From positions 4,003 through 68,002 of the forward strand of contig JACPZK010000004.1 in assembly GCA_016195565.1 (NCBI GenBank): a DNA stretch of 64,000 nt. The letters are read 5' to 3'. Below are positions 18,173 to 28,346 of this stretch, in pieces (position 1 is the stretch's first letter; each line of letters begins with the position of its first letter). The translations under genes and the position numbers were made by a program. The stretch comes from Nitrospirota bacterium (GTDB lineage: Bacteria; Nitrospirota; Thermodesulfovibrionia; Thermodesulfovibrionales; UBA1546). The notes beneath the pieces are model-generated. The model worked only from the letters and a program-made list of their open reading frames with translations, had not been told where the DNA came from and searched no databases.

Positions 18173-18297
18173 TAGAAGTTCAACGGAGATGCAATCAAGG
18201 CAGAATACCCAATCCGTTCTACTGGGCGGTGTTTATATTGCATGGTGAGGGATAGTTGTTTTCAGTTATCAATAGATAAATGAACGAGGAGGGTGCG

Positions 18298-19908
18298 ATG
18301 AACAGAACTATTTTTTCAGCCGCTATTCTGATTTTTTCTTTTGTGTTTTTAAGTAATGCATGGGCATCTCCTGCAGAGATAGAGAGTGTCCCGAAAATCC
18401 AGAACATTGTCCTTTATCCGGACAGCGCAATGATAAAGAAGGAGACGGTCTTTATGGTTAAGAAAGGCGAAAATATCATAAGGATTTCCGGATTGACTGT
18501 AAATTTAACGGACGAATCGGTTCAGGTGAATATTAAGGACAAGGCTGCTGTCAGGATATCCGATGTCAAGGTTGAAAAGACATATCTCCAGAAGACAATG
18601 CAGGACAAGATACAAAAGCTCCAGTCGAGGCTTGAAAGTATTAATGAGCTTATAAAGGAACACTCAAATGAAATCTCCGCAATAAACAGTTCCATCGAAT
18701 TTTTAAAGAAGACAGTTCCATTCCCCCAAAACCAGAAGGTTACACAATCCGAGGTCGAAGGACATGCTAAGTTTATCGAAAAATCTTTATCGGCAAGCTA
18801 CGACAGGACTGCAAAACTTGAAAATAAAATAAAGAAGCTTAATGAAGAAAAGAGGGCAGTGGAAAATGAGCTTAAAACCCTAAGCTCATCAAGGGATGAA
18901 AGCAAAACAATCGTGATCAATCTGCTTTCGAATGCAGACAGGGAAATTAATCTTGGGCTTTCCTACATTGTTGCAAATGCAGGCTGGTCTCCGCAGTACG
19001 ATGTAAGGGCTGACTCTGCCACAGGAAAGATTGATATTGTGTGTTTTGCAGTCATAACCCAGTCTACAGGTGAGGACTGGAAGAATGCGAATATCGAGAT
19101 ATCAACAGCAAGGCCTTCTTATGGGCCTCCTCCGGAACTTTCCGCATGGTATGTGGATATTTACAAGCCGAGGCCTTCAAGCTATAAATATAAAAAGGCT
19201 GTTAAAAGTGAAGACTTAATGATGGCGGAGAAAGTATTTGAGGCAGCTCCGGAACAGCAATTCGAAGAGCCGAAGATAAAGGCAGAGGCCACATCATTCA
19301 GCTTTATAATCCCGGGCAAGGTCAATATTCCATCAGACAACCAGCCGCACAGGATATTAATCGCATCCTCATCCAAAGAGGCTAAACTCGACTATTATGC
19401 AGCGCCGAAGCTCTCAAGACACGCGCATTTAAGGGCAGGACTTAAAAACCCGCTTCCGTTTCCAATCTTCTCAGGGCAGATGAGTATATTTTTAGATGAA
19501 CGCTTTGTGAATACAACATCTGTTAATAAGCAGATTCTTCCTGACGAGGACATGAGCCTGTCGCTCGGCATCGATGAAGGTATTAAGATAGAGAAAAAGC
19601 TCCTGAAGAAATTTACCGAATATTCCGGAGTGTTTTCAAAAGATACTCAGATAAACTACGAATATGCTATTGACATTGTCAGCAGCAAAGACAAAGAAAT
19701 CGGAATTAATATCCGAGATAATTTTCCTGTCTCAAAGAATGAGCAGATAAAGATTGCCCTTGAATCTCCCAAAAAAGAAGATGCAAAAATCTCCGACGAG
19801 GGGATAATATCATGGGAGTTAAGGCTTAAGCCCAATGAGAAGAAAACCCTGAAAATAAAATTCAGGGTCGAGCATCCGAAGGACTTGAAGATTACCGGAT
19901 TGGAGTAG
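18298..19908 (+). CDS. exported DUF4139-family protein (mucoidy-inhibitor MuiA-like)
   Basis: ATG at 18298 follows GAGGAGGG. Signal peptide. Coiled-coil region, then GWSPQYDVRADSATGKIDI, typical of DUF4140/DUF4139 proteins. Confidence 0.65.
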   Translation: MNRTIFSAAILIFSFVFLSNAWASPAEIESVPKIQNIVLYPDSAMIKKETVFMVKKGENIIRISGLTVNLTDESVQVNIKDKAAVRISDVKVEKTYLQKTMQDKIQKLQSRLESINELIKEHSNEISAINSSIEFLKKTVPFPQNQKVTQSEVEGHAKFIEKSLSASYDRTAKLENKIKKLNEEKRAVENELKTLSSSRDESKTIVINLLSNADREINLGLSYIVANAGWSPQYDVRADSATGKIDIVCFAVITQSTGEDWKNANIEISTARPSYGPPPELSAWYVDIYKPRPSSYKYKKAVKSEDLMMAEKVFEAAPEQQFEEPKIKAEATSFSFIIPGKVNIPSDNQPHRILIASSSKEAKLDYYAAPKLSRHAHLRAGLKNPLPFPIFSGQMSIFLDERFVNTTSVNKQILPDEDMSLSLGIDEGIKIEKKLLKKFTEYSGVFSKDTQINYEYAIDIVSSKDKEIGINIRDNFPVSKNEQIKIALESPKKEDAKISDEGIISWELRLKPNEKKTLKIKFRVEHPKDLKITGLE

Positions 19909-19940
19909 GGTGCGAGTATTGGGGGAGGGAGGGAAATAAT

Positions 19941-20252
19941 ATGAACCCGAAGTTCGTCAAGACATTTGTTTGGGCTGCGGTAATCAGCATTTTACTCGGC
20001 ATGGCTGTTATGTCCCCTGCCGGCAGCTTTTTTCTCTACTCAGTTGCAGTGCTTTTTGCTGCAATTCCGACAATCTTTGGCACTAAGAGAACGCGTACTG
20101 CAGCCATCGTGATATTGGCTCTATCCATTGCCTTGCTTGCCGTAACATATCCGAAATTTAATATTGAAATGACGAAATATAGAGAGCGTGCTCATAAGAA
20201 GTCTTCAGAGGGCTCGGCAGTGCCGACTCATCCGCAACAAGGGAGCAGGTAA
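19941..20252 (+). CDS. small integral membrane protein
   Basis: 103 aa with predicted hydrophobic helices. RBS GGGAGGGAGGG upstream. Confidence 0.5.
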   Translation: MNPKFVKTFVWAAVISILLGMAVMSPAGSFFLYSVAVLFAAIPTIFGTKRTRTAAIVILALSIALLAVTYPKFNIEMTKYRERAHKKSSEGSAVPTHPQQGSR

Positions 20253-20405
20253 ACACTGAGATATTTGTGCAGACGGGATATTATTGAGGTGGGATAATAA
20301 GCCTTAAACAGTCTTTTGCTGTAAGGATTTTTAATAGCAGATTTAATCAAACAAAAAGAGTGAGCGGGTTATGAAATTAGAGAAAGTCGCAATGTGAAAA
20401 TTACC

Positions 20406-20434
20406 TTTACCTATGAGAATAGTGCTGATATAAT
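20406..20434 (+). promoter_or_regulatory. candidate sigma70-type promoter for 20458..21447
   Basis: TTTACC (20406-20411), 17-nt spacer, TATAAT (20429-20434). Preceded by TGTGAAAATTACC, similar to 11042-11053. Confidence 0.4.
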
Positions 20435-20457
20435 TTGGTTCAAAAAAGAGATGCACT

Positions 20458-21447
20458 ATGAATAGAAAGATATTTATAAGCCTTTTTCTCTTTACGTTTT
20501 TCTTAACCCCTACCTTTGCCTCTGAAAAGCAGGAAAGTCCCGTAAAACCTGAAAATATTGTTTATGAAAAATACATATCAGAGGGTAATTTTTTTGTTGT
20601 ATTGATCCCTAAAGGATGGGGCAAAAAAGAAAAGGATTTTTCACACGCTTACACAAGAACAGGGGATAAGGTATTCGGAGTAGAGCTTTCCGGACCGCAT
20701 AATGCTGCTGGCTGTGTTCCAGTAGAAAAAGTACATGGATCTGGAGGTGAGGTTATCCAAATAAAGCAGGGAAATGTCGGCACTTTCCATGAACTCCGGA
20801 TAGGTGTCACAAATATAATTAAAGCTGATTATCTTGATGAGGCTGGCATAAAAAAGCATGGTTTAATAGCTATATTGACATTATTTATTGAAGGGAATCC
20901 CCCGCAAGAAAAGGACTTTAAAGTTCATGCGGGGCAAAAGATAATAATGGATAAATACTTAGTGTATGTGGAAGAAATACGAGGAACTGTTAAAGGCTTA
21001 GTAATATTGCGGATAGAAGAGATTTCTAAATCTCCGTATAAAGACGAGGCCCGCCTGACAATCTCCGTTTTGTATTATGAGTACGGACAGTTTTTTAAAA
21101 GTTATGAGAGATATATCAACCTCAAAATAGGGACTTTCACACGCCTCGCCCCGGAAAAAGATGTCTATATTACAAATACGGCAGTGGCGGGAAGGGAGGC
21201 TAAAAAGTTTGAGATTGAAACATTTGAACTTATTCCCCTGCCTTTTAATCCGCCTGATTTCAAGGAAGGCATCATATATGAAATTGTCCCGCCTTCAAGG
21301 AAAGTTACAGTCATAGAAAGATACATTGTAATCCCTGTTGAGAAAGGTTTTTATGTATTGAACTACAGGGCATCGCCTGATATTGCAAAAAGTATTGAAG
21401 GGATATTTGAAAAGGTTTTAAACTCTTTTGAACCATTGATAAAATGA
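20458..21447 (+). CDS. exported protein of unknown function
   Basis: Signal peptide (FLFTFFLTPTFA|SEK). I recognise no family. Confidence 0.5.
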   Translation: MNRKIFISLFLFTFFLTPTFASEKQESPVKPENIVYEKYISEGNFFVVLIPKGWGKKEKDFSHAYTRTGDKVFGVELSGPHNAAGCVPVEKVHGSGGEVIQIKQGNVGTFHELRIGVTNIIKADYLDEAGIKKHGLIAILTLFIEGNPPQEKDFKVHAGQKIIMDKYLVYVEEIRGTVKGLVILRIEEISKSPYKDEARLTISVLYYEYGQFFKSYERYINLKIGTFTRLAPEKDVYITNTAVAGREAKKFEIETFELIPLPFNPPDFKEGIIYEIVPPSRKVTVIERYIVIPVEKGFYVLNYRASPDIAKSIEGIFEKVLNSFEPLIK

Positions 21448-21486
21448 AAAAATTATACGGCTGGGAAATTTTTCATGGGAGGGGAT

Positions 21487-24400
21487 ATGCTTAGATTTAA
21501 GAATTTATTCCGCTTTTTATCAGTCTGGTTTTGGGTTATTGCCATATTGTCAATCAGCCATGTTGCTGTCTCTGCCGCTGAAAAGCCTGAGATTTTTGTG
21601 CAGATGGGACATACAAAAAGAGTTAACTCTGTAGCCTTTTCTCCTGATGGTAAATATGCCTTGTCAGGGAGTTGGGATAAAACCCTCAAGCTATGGGAGA
21701 TTGCATCCGGGAGGGAAGTGCGTACTTTTTACGGGACAGAGAAAGTGACCTCCATAGCCGTAAGTCCGAACGGAAAGTATGTCATTTCGGGAGATGAAGA
21801 TAGAGGAAAAAATCTAAAACTATGGGACATGGCGTCAGGGAAGAGGATAAGGACTTTCAGCGGGGATATACATAGAGATACCGACTATATACAAGATACC
21901 GACAATGTCATCTTCAGCCCTGATGGGAAGCATGTGTTATCAGGAGGTGAAAACCTTAACTTATGGGATATTGCATCAGGAAAAAAATTGCGGACTTTTA
22001 GAAATGCTAACAAGGATAACGCTAGAATTGTTTCAATAGTCATAAGTCCAGACGGCAGGTATGTAATTTCTGGGAGCAGGTACAACGGCCAAGTGCAAAT
22101 GCCGGACGGAACGTTTACTAACGCAAAGAGTAGTGATAACACCATCGGAATATGGGATATCGTCACAGGTGAAAAGATAAGAGCCTTTAACGGGGGTAAG
22201 GGTTGGGTTACAGCGATAGCCATAAGCCCAGATGGAAAGCATGTTATTTCGGGGGACTATGAAGATAGCGCCAGGATGTGGGACATCGCCACAGGCAGAC
22301 AGGTTAAAGCATTCAATGTGGAAGGGGTTTCCTCTATAGCTGTAAGCCCGGACGGTAAATATGCCCTATTCGGCGGCGTCATGAATATCAGGCTCTGGGA
22401 TATTGAAAAAGACAGGGAGATAAAAACCTTCAGCGGACATAGTGGTTGGGTTCGGTCTGTCGCCTTCAGTCCTGATGGAAAGTATGCGCTTTCGGGGAGT
22501 GATGATAACGCCCCCATGCTATGGGATATTGCATCCGGCAAAGAATTAAGGAGCTTTGGCGGATATACGCAACAAGTTGCCTCAGTATCGCCAAGCGCAG
22601 TTGGCAAGAAAATTCTCATAGGTCAGGAAGTTGGTTTGCTGAATCTCTGGGACATTTCAAACGGCAGGCAGATCAAAACAATCAAACACACCCTTGGTGT
22701 TCGTGCTGTGGCAATCAGCCGCGATGGCACGTATGCTGCGGCAGGCGGGTGGGATTTTCCAGAAAGCTCTTCGACCATCAAACTCTGGAACATTACAACA
22801 GGCAGGGAAATACAGACTTTGAAAAAAGCAGGGGTGTATCACTGGGCTCGCCCTGTGGCAATAAGCCCTGGCAATAAGGATATTTTTTGGTCGGTTGGCT
22901 CCACGCTCATGTTATCGGATATTGCAACAGGGAAAGAAATAAAGACATACAGTGGTGGACACAAAGCAGAAATCCAATATGCAATGATGAGTGCTGATGG
23001 CAGATATGCCATTTCTAACGATGGTCTGGCGCTTAACATCTGGGATGTCTCTACGGGCAAAGCAATAAAAACTTTTGATAATAAAAATTGGGGATATCAA
23101 GGGACTTTTAGTTCAGACGGAAAGAACGTCCTCTTGATGGGTTTCGATTACGATAAAAGCAACAAGCTCATCTTCAAAATTTGGGATATTCCGACAAACA
23201 GAGAAATAAGCACATCGGCGGTGCAATACGACTCTAAAATCAAAACTGGTAATATCGACTTATTAGCCATGAGTCACGATGGCAGATTCGCACTTTGGTC
23301 GGAGAACATGACCTTGTACCTTTGTGAAATCTCGACCGGAAAAGTGCTAAGAACTTTATCCGGGCATGTGAACCGAATATCCTTCATAGGCATAAGTCCT
23401 GATGATAAGCATGTGTACTCCGGAAGTTATGACGGCACAACCCGCCTCTGGGACATCTCCACCGGCAAAGAACTCGCCCAGTTCATCAGTTTCACCGACA
23501 GCGAATGGGTTATCATCACCCCTGAAGGCTATTTCAACGCCTCACCGAATGGCGCCAAGCATCTCAATGTCCGTGTTGGCAACAATGTTTATTCCATAGA
23601 CAACTTTTATGAAAAGTTCTTTAATCCTGTTTATGTTGCCTCTGTGCTACAGGGCAAAAAGGTTGAGGCGGTTGCAGATATAAGGAAAGGAATCTTAACG
23701 CCTCCTGATGTCAAGATTACCTCTCCTGAGCCGAACACATCATTCAGCACAGACACTGTGACAATAACCGTCTCTGCGAAGGATACAGGTGGCGGTATTG
23801 ATGAGATACGGCTTTATCATAATGGCAAGGCAATTGGCGAAGATACGAGGGCTGTAAAGATCGTTCCAAAAGGCAGCGAAACAATAAAGACATACACAGT
23901 TGCCCTCGTTGATGGACTTAACACATTCAGGGCAACTGCATTCAGCAAAGACAGGACAGAATCAAACCCGTATGAACTCATGGTAAAACTCACAGCGCCA
24001 TCAAAAGAGGTCAACCTTTATATCCTTGCAGTTGGCATAAATAAATACAAAAACCCTGCGTTGAACTTAAACTATGCAGAGCCTGACGCGCGGGGGATTG
24101 TGAATTTCTTCAGAGAAAAGGGCGGACTATTTAAAAAGGTCACTGTCATTGAGATATATGATGAGAAAGCCACCAGAGAGACGATAATCTCAAAGTTAAA
24201 GCAATTGCAAAACACCCAGCCGCAGGATGCAGTGCTGATATATCTTGCAGGACATGGCGAAAGCATTGGCGACAAATGGTATTTTATTCCCCATGAACTC
24301 ACATATCCTGAAAGAGAGGAGGACGTAAAGACAAAGGGAATATCATCGGATGAATTTTCAGGCTATATAAAAAATATAACTGCACAAAAGATGCTCGTCT

Positions 24401-24750
24401 TGATTGATGCGTGCAAGTCAGGAGCAGTGCTTGTGGCATTCAGGGGTTTTGAGGACAGGAAGGCTCTATCGCAGTTGTCAAGGTCAACAGGTGTGCATAT
24501 AATAGCAGCATCATCCAAAGACCAGTTTGCGGCAGAGGTAAAAGAACTCGGTCATGGGGTATTCACATACACCCTCCTTGAGGGATTAAAGGGCAAGGCA
24601 GCAGGCAAAGGTGAGACTGTTACAGTGAGAAAACTGATGGGATATATAGAAGAAAAACTGCCTGACATAACGAAGAAATACAAACAGGAGGCGCAATTTC
24701 CAGTAGTTGACTCAAAGGGAATGGATTTTCCGTTGGTAATAGTAAAATAG
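21487..24750 (+). CDS. exported WD40-repeat / caspase-like (peptidase C14) protein
   Basis: ATG at 21487 after GGGAGGGG. Signal peptide. More than 12 WD40 units (..SPDGKY.LSGS.D.T.KLWDI.SG.E.RTF). Ig-like segment. C14 domain with the His/Cys dyad (IYLAGHGES ... LVLIDACKSGA). Confidence 0.85.
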   Translation: MLRFKNLFRFLSVWFWVIAILSISHVAVSAAEKPEIFVQMGHTKRVNSVAFSPDGKYALSGSWDKTLKLWEIASGREVRTFYGTEKVTSIAVSPNGKYVISGDEDRGKNLKLWDMASGKRIRTFSGDIHRDTDYIQDTDNVIFSPDGKHVLSGGENLNLWDIASGKKLRTFRNANKDNARIVSIVISPDGRYVISGSRYNGQVQMPDGTFTNAKSSDNTIGIWDIVTGEKIRAFNGGKGWVTAIAISPDGKHVISGDYEDSARMWDIATGRQVKAFNVEGVSSIAVSPDGKYALFGGVMNIRLWDIEKDREIKTFSGHSGWVRSVAFSPDGKYALSGSDDNAPMLWDIASGKELRSFGGYTQQVASVSPSAVGKKILIGQEVGLLNLWDISNGRQIKTIKHTLGVRAVAISRDGTYAAAGGWDFPESSSTIKLWNITTGREIQTLKKAGVYHWARPVAISPGNKDIFWSVGSTLMLSDIATGKEIKTYSGGHKAEIQYAMMSADGRYAISNDGLALNIWDVSTGKAIKTFDNKNWGYQGTFSSDGKNVLLMGFDYDKSNKLIFKIWDIPTNREISTSAVQYDSKIKTGNIDLLAMSHDGRFALWSENMTLYLCEISTGKVLRTLSGHVNRISFIGISPDDKHVYSGSYDGTTRLWDISTGKELAQFISFTDSEWVIITPEGYFNASPNGAKHLNVRVGNNVYSIDNFYEKFFNPVYVASVLQGKKVEAVADIRKGILTPPDVKITSPEPNTSFSTDTVTITVSAKDTGGGIDEIRLYHNGKAIGEDTRAVKIVPKGSETIKTYTVALVDGLNTFRATAFSKDRTESNPYELMVKLTAPSKEVNLYILAVGINKYKNPALNLNYAEPDARGIVNFFREKGGLFKKVTVIEIYDEKATRETIISKLKQLQNTQPQDAVLIYLAGHGESIGDKWYFIPHELTYPEREEDVKTKGISSDEFSGYIKNITAQKMLVLIDACKSGAVLVAFRGFEDRKALSQLSRSTGVHIIAASSKDQFAAEVKELGHGVFTYTLLEGLKGKAAGKGETVTVRKLMGYIEEKLPDITKKYKQEAQFPVVDSKGMDFPLVIVK

Positions 24751-24769
24751 AACTGAAGGAGGTTGCGTT

Positions 24770-25621
24770 ATGCTAAAAATATTTATTTCAGCGATTTTGA
24801 GTTTATTTCTATTCTCTAACCTTTACGCTGCACAATCAACAATCATTGAATCAGAAGGCTATGCATGCATGGGCGAGGATAAATCAATGAAGCAGACAGA
24901 GCATGCCGCTATGGCAGATGCAAAGGATAAAGCGGCAAAAAATGCAGCCACTTATATCAAGGGCGAGACAAAGGTAAAAGACTCACAGTTAGTTAAGGAC
25001 ATCATTGAGGCTTATAACAACGCTACAGTTGTAGTTGATAAGGAACTTGAAAAGGGCTGGTACACTGACCCCTCATTAGGCAAATGTTACAAGGTAAAGA
25101 TAAAGGCAAATGTCATACCTGATGAAAATGCAATGAAAAGAATCTCTCAGGGAACCACAGATGATCCCTCTGCGCCTTTAAATGTACAGGTATGGACAGA
25201 TAAAAAGGAATACAAGGAAGGCGATAAGATTAAGATTTACATGAGAGGCAATAAGCCGTTTTATGCAAAGGTTATCTATAAGGAGACAACCGGAAACCTA
25301 ATCCAGATTTTACCAAACCCTTACAGGAAGGATAACTACTTTAACGGCGGTGTTATTTATGAAATCCCCTCAGGCAATGACAAATTTGAACTTGAGGTGA
25401 ACCCTCCTTTCGGCGAGGAAAGCATTATGATATACGCAAGCGTCTCTCAGCTTGGAGATTTAGATCTGAAAAAAGAGGGCGGCGTCTATCAGGTAAAAAC
25501 TAAGCCAAAAGATATAGGCATAAAGACAAGAAGCGTTAAAGTTAAGGAAGTCACAGAAGGGAAAACCCAGCAGGCAGCAGATTATTCTGAGGGGGAAGTT
25601 GTGGTAAAAACAGGGAAGTAA
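24770..25621 (+). CDS. exported protein with LPP20-like N-terminus and DUF4384-like C-terminal domain
   Basis: Signal peptide. VQVWTDKKEYKEGDKIKIYMRGNKPFYAKVIYKETTGNLIQILPNPY matches the DUF4384 pattern, a domain often associated with bacterial caspase proteins. Confidence 0.6.
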   Translation: MLKIFISAILSLFLFSNLYAAQSTIIESEGYACMGEDKSMKQTEHAAMADAKDKAAKNAATYIKGETKVKDSQLVKDIIEAYNNATVVVDKELEKGWYTDPSLGKCYKVKIKANVIPDENAMKRISQGTTDDPSAPLNVQVWTDKKEYKEGDKIKIYMRGNKPFYAKVIYKETTGNLIQILPNPYRKDNYFNGGVIYEIPSGNDKFELEVNPPFGEESIMIYASVSQLGDLDLKKEGGVYQVKTKPKDIGIKTRSVKVKEVTEGKTQQAADYSEGEVVVKTGK

Positions 25622-25753
25622 CAGTATGCTGCTGCTATTCGGGCATAATTTTGTGGTTTTGAAGGATGTCCTATAAAAGGGAAAGTTTCTACGATATTCT
25701 GAAAAGAAGAATGTCTTAAACTATCTATAAACCTCTAACTTAAGGAGGGTGAA

Positions 25754-28291
25754 ATGAAAACATTCAAAAAAATAACCATGCCAAGAATCGTGTTAATCAC
25801 TTCAATTCTGTTCCTTACCTCATGCGCAATGGCAACGGCAGTCCCGGAGATCTATTTAAAGCAGAGCGATTTAAAGATGGAGCTCAACAAAGAGGCTTAC
25901 GGCATAGATACAATGTATGTTTCAAAAGATGGAAAGTATATGCTAACTGGGAGTATGGGAGATGTTTTAACGGGACTCGGATTATCATCAAAGAGGGCTT
26001 CAATGCGGCTATGGGATCTGACAGAGGGAAAGCAGCTTCTAATGAAACCTACGTCGTCTGAACGAATGCACTCAGTTGCTCTATCGTCTGACAGCAGATA
26101 TTCTGTGACTGGCGGGTTGGCTACAGTTCATGGTTGGCAATCAAAACAGGCAGCTATTCTTGAAATATGGGATATTGCTAATAGCGTTTTATTAAAAGAT
26201 TTTAAAGATTTGCATGGTTCAGTAGTCAGCAGTGTGAATTTTTCTCCTGACGGGAGATATTTGCTTGCCACCGCAGGAACTGATATTCATCTGATTGACA
26301 CAAAAACATGGAACATAGTCAGGACAATGAGTTATAAGTATCAAAAGTCATATTTTTCCTCTCCATATTTTTCCTCTCCATATTTTTCCTCTGGAGTCGC
26401 AACATTTTCCCCGGATGGAAAGTTCATTCTTTCGGGAGGACTGGATGCGGTAGTCCGATTGTGGGATGTTGAAACGGGAAGAGAGATCAGGCAGTTCCAC
26501 GGGCATAAAAAAGGAATGTGGGGGGGTGTTAGTGCTGTTGCCTTTACTACTGACCGTTATGCGCTGACAAGCGGTTGGCATGACGATAATGTCATGCTCT
26601 GGGACATCAAGACAGGTGTTGAAGTTAGGCGATTTTCAGGATTTGAAAGTTATATGTTTACATACGTGTCCGGGCTTGCACTTTCTCCTGACGGCAAGCA
26701 TGTGTTGATTGAGGGTTTTCCACTAAAGATTTGGGATATTCAAACGGGAGAAGGGTTGACAGATCTTAATTATATATGGAAAGGGATGAAAACTGCGAGT
26801 ATTGGAAAAGCCCAGTATCATCCCAACGGACAGCATATTTTATTAACGTGGGGTGAACCCGCAGTTAGGATTTTCGATATCAAAACCGGCGAGGAAATAG
26901 CAGTCTTTATAGGCTTCGAAGACGGCGAGTGGCTAACAATTACAAGCGAGGGGTACTACAACGCTTCAGAGAAAGGCGCCCAGTATCTGACTGTTAAGAT
27001 GGGTGATAAAGACTACATGGTCGAGAGTTTTTATGACGTCTTTTACCGTCCCGATGTTGTTACAGCCAAGTTGAGGGGGGATGACATAAGCGGTCTGATA
27101 ACTATTACAATGAAAGACGCAATCAAAAGCCCTCCGCCTGTAGTTGAGATTAGCCCGATTGCGTCATCTCCAACATCTCCAAAGGCAAAAGTCTGCTACA
27201 AGGCAAAAAGCACAGGTGGAGGCATTGGAGAGATAAGGCTCTTTCATAATGGAAAACTTATCGAATCAGACGGCTACTACAAAGAAACGGCAAAGACATC
27301 AGACAAGATGCAATTAGCACAAATAAACAGCAAAACAATCTATGAAGACATGCGGAGCGTCAAAATAAAAGGCATAGGAGAGATAAGCCCGATAAAGAGC
27401 AAGACAAAAGGAGAACAATTTGAAGCCTGCAAAGAAGTGGACGCAATAGCAGGAGAAAACGAGATAAGCATAACAGCCTTTAATAAAGACAATACAGTAC
27501 AGGGCTACATGCAGACAGTAAAATTCAACTCAACAATAAAACAGGAGGACGCTAATCTTTATATCCTTTCAATAGGCATAGACCAGTATAGGGACAACAG
27601 TGTCGCCCTAAAATATGCGGCAAGGGATGCAAAAGACATTGGAGAAAAACTGATGAGACAATCAGCGACATTATACAAGCCTCAGAATATTCATTACGAG
27701 CTTCTTGCTGACAATATGGCCACAAAGGCAAACACAATAAGCAAAATAAACGATCTTTCAAAGATAATCAAACCCACAGACAGCTTCATTCTCTTCGTAG
27801 CAGGACACGGAATACTTTTACAAAACCAGTACTACATGCTAACCAGCGAATATGACGGAAATGTAAATGAAGGCACAATGATAAGTTCAAATGAAATAGT
27901 TGAAATATCCAAGAAAATAAAATCCCTCTCACAGTTATTCATCTTTGACACATGCCATGCAGGAGGCGTGGATTATATCGTGAGCGGATTATATGATGCA
28001 AGGATGTCAGTGCTTGCAAAGAAGATGGGGCTTCACATATACGCATCAGCCAATTCAAAAGAGCAGGCAATGGACGGGTATCAGGGGAATGGTTTATTCA
28101 CCTATACTCTACTTGACGGATTAAACAATAATAAAAATGCAGACAAAAACAAAGACAACAAAATCTCGCTCACAGAACTTGGAGAATACTCAAAACAGAC
28201 CACAACAGATATATCAAAAAAGATTGGGCATGCACAGACGCCTCTAATCATAAACTTTGGAAAGGACAATACGGTTTATAATTTGAGATGA
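25754..28291 (+). CDS. WD40-repeat / caspase-like (peptidase C14) lipoprotein, paralog of 21487..24750
   Basis: Lipobox (LFLTSC|AMA). WD40 units. The linker motif GEWLTITSEGYYNAS parallels SEWVIITPEGYFNAS in the paralog. C14 dyad present (LFVAGHGIL ... LFIFDTCHAGG). Confidence 0.85.
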   Translation: MKTFKKITMPRIVLITSILFLTSCAMATAVPEIYLKQSDLKMELNKEAYGIDTMYVSKDGKYMLTGSMGDVLTGLGLSSKRASMRLWDLTEGKQLLMKPTSSERMHSVALSSDSRYSVTGGLATVHGWQSKQAAILEIWDIANSVLLKDFKDLHGSVVSSVNFSPDGRYLLATAGTDIHLIDTKTWNIVRTMSYKYQKSYFSSPYFSSPYFSSGVATFSPDGKFILSGGLDAVVRLWDVETGREIRQFHGHKKGMWGGVSAVAFTTDRYALTSGWHDDNVMLWDIKTGVEVRRFSGFESYMFTYVSGLALSPDGKHVLIEGFPLKIWDIQTGEGLTDLNYIWKGMKTASIGKAQYHPNGQHILLTWGEPAVRIFDIKTGEEIAVFIGFEDGEWLTITSEGYYNASEKGAQYLTVKMGDKDYMVESFYDVFYRPDVVTAKLRGDDISGLITITMKDAIKSPPPVVEISPIASSPTSPKAKVCYKAKSTGGGIGEIRLFHNGKLIESDGYYKETAKTSDKMQLAQINSKTIYEDMRSVKIKGIGEISPIKSKTKGEQFEACKEVDAIAGENEISITAFNKDNTVQGYMQTVKFNSTIKQEDANLYILSIGIDQYRDNSVALKYAARDAKDIGEKLMRQSATLYKPQNIHYELLADNMATKANTISKINDLSKIIKPTDSFILFVAGHGILLQNQYYMLTSEYDGNVNEGTMISSNEIVEISKKIKSLSQLFIFDTCHAGGVDYIVSGLYDARMSVLAKKMGLHIYASANSKEQAMDGYQGNGLFTYTLLDGLNNNKNADKNKDNKISLTELGEYSKQTTTDISKKIGHAQTPLIINFGKDNTVYNLR
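26349..26393 (+). repeat. 3 x 15-bp perfect tandem repeat inside the WD40-caspase gene
   Basis: The unit catatttttcctctc occurs three times and encodes (S)YFSSPYFSSPYFSSG. Confidence 0.9.
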
Positions 28292-28346
28292 GGATATCAA
28301 ACTATTGCAAATGCATTGAAGGCAGATGCGAATGGGGTAAAAAGGA

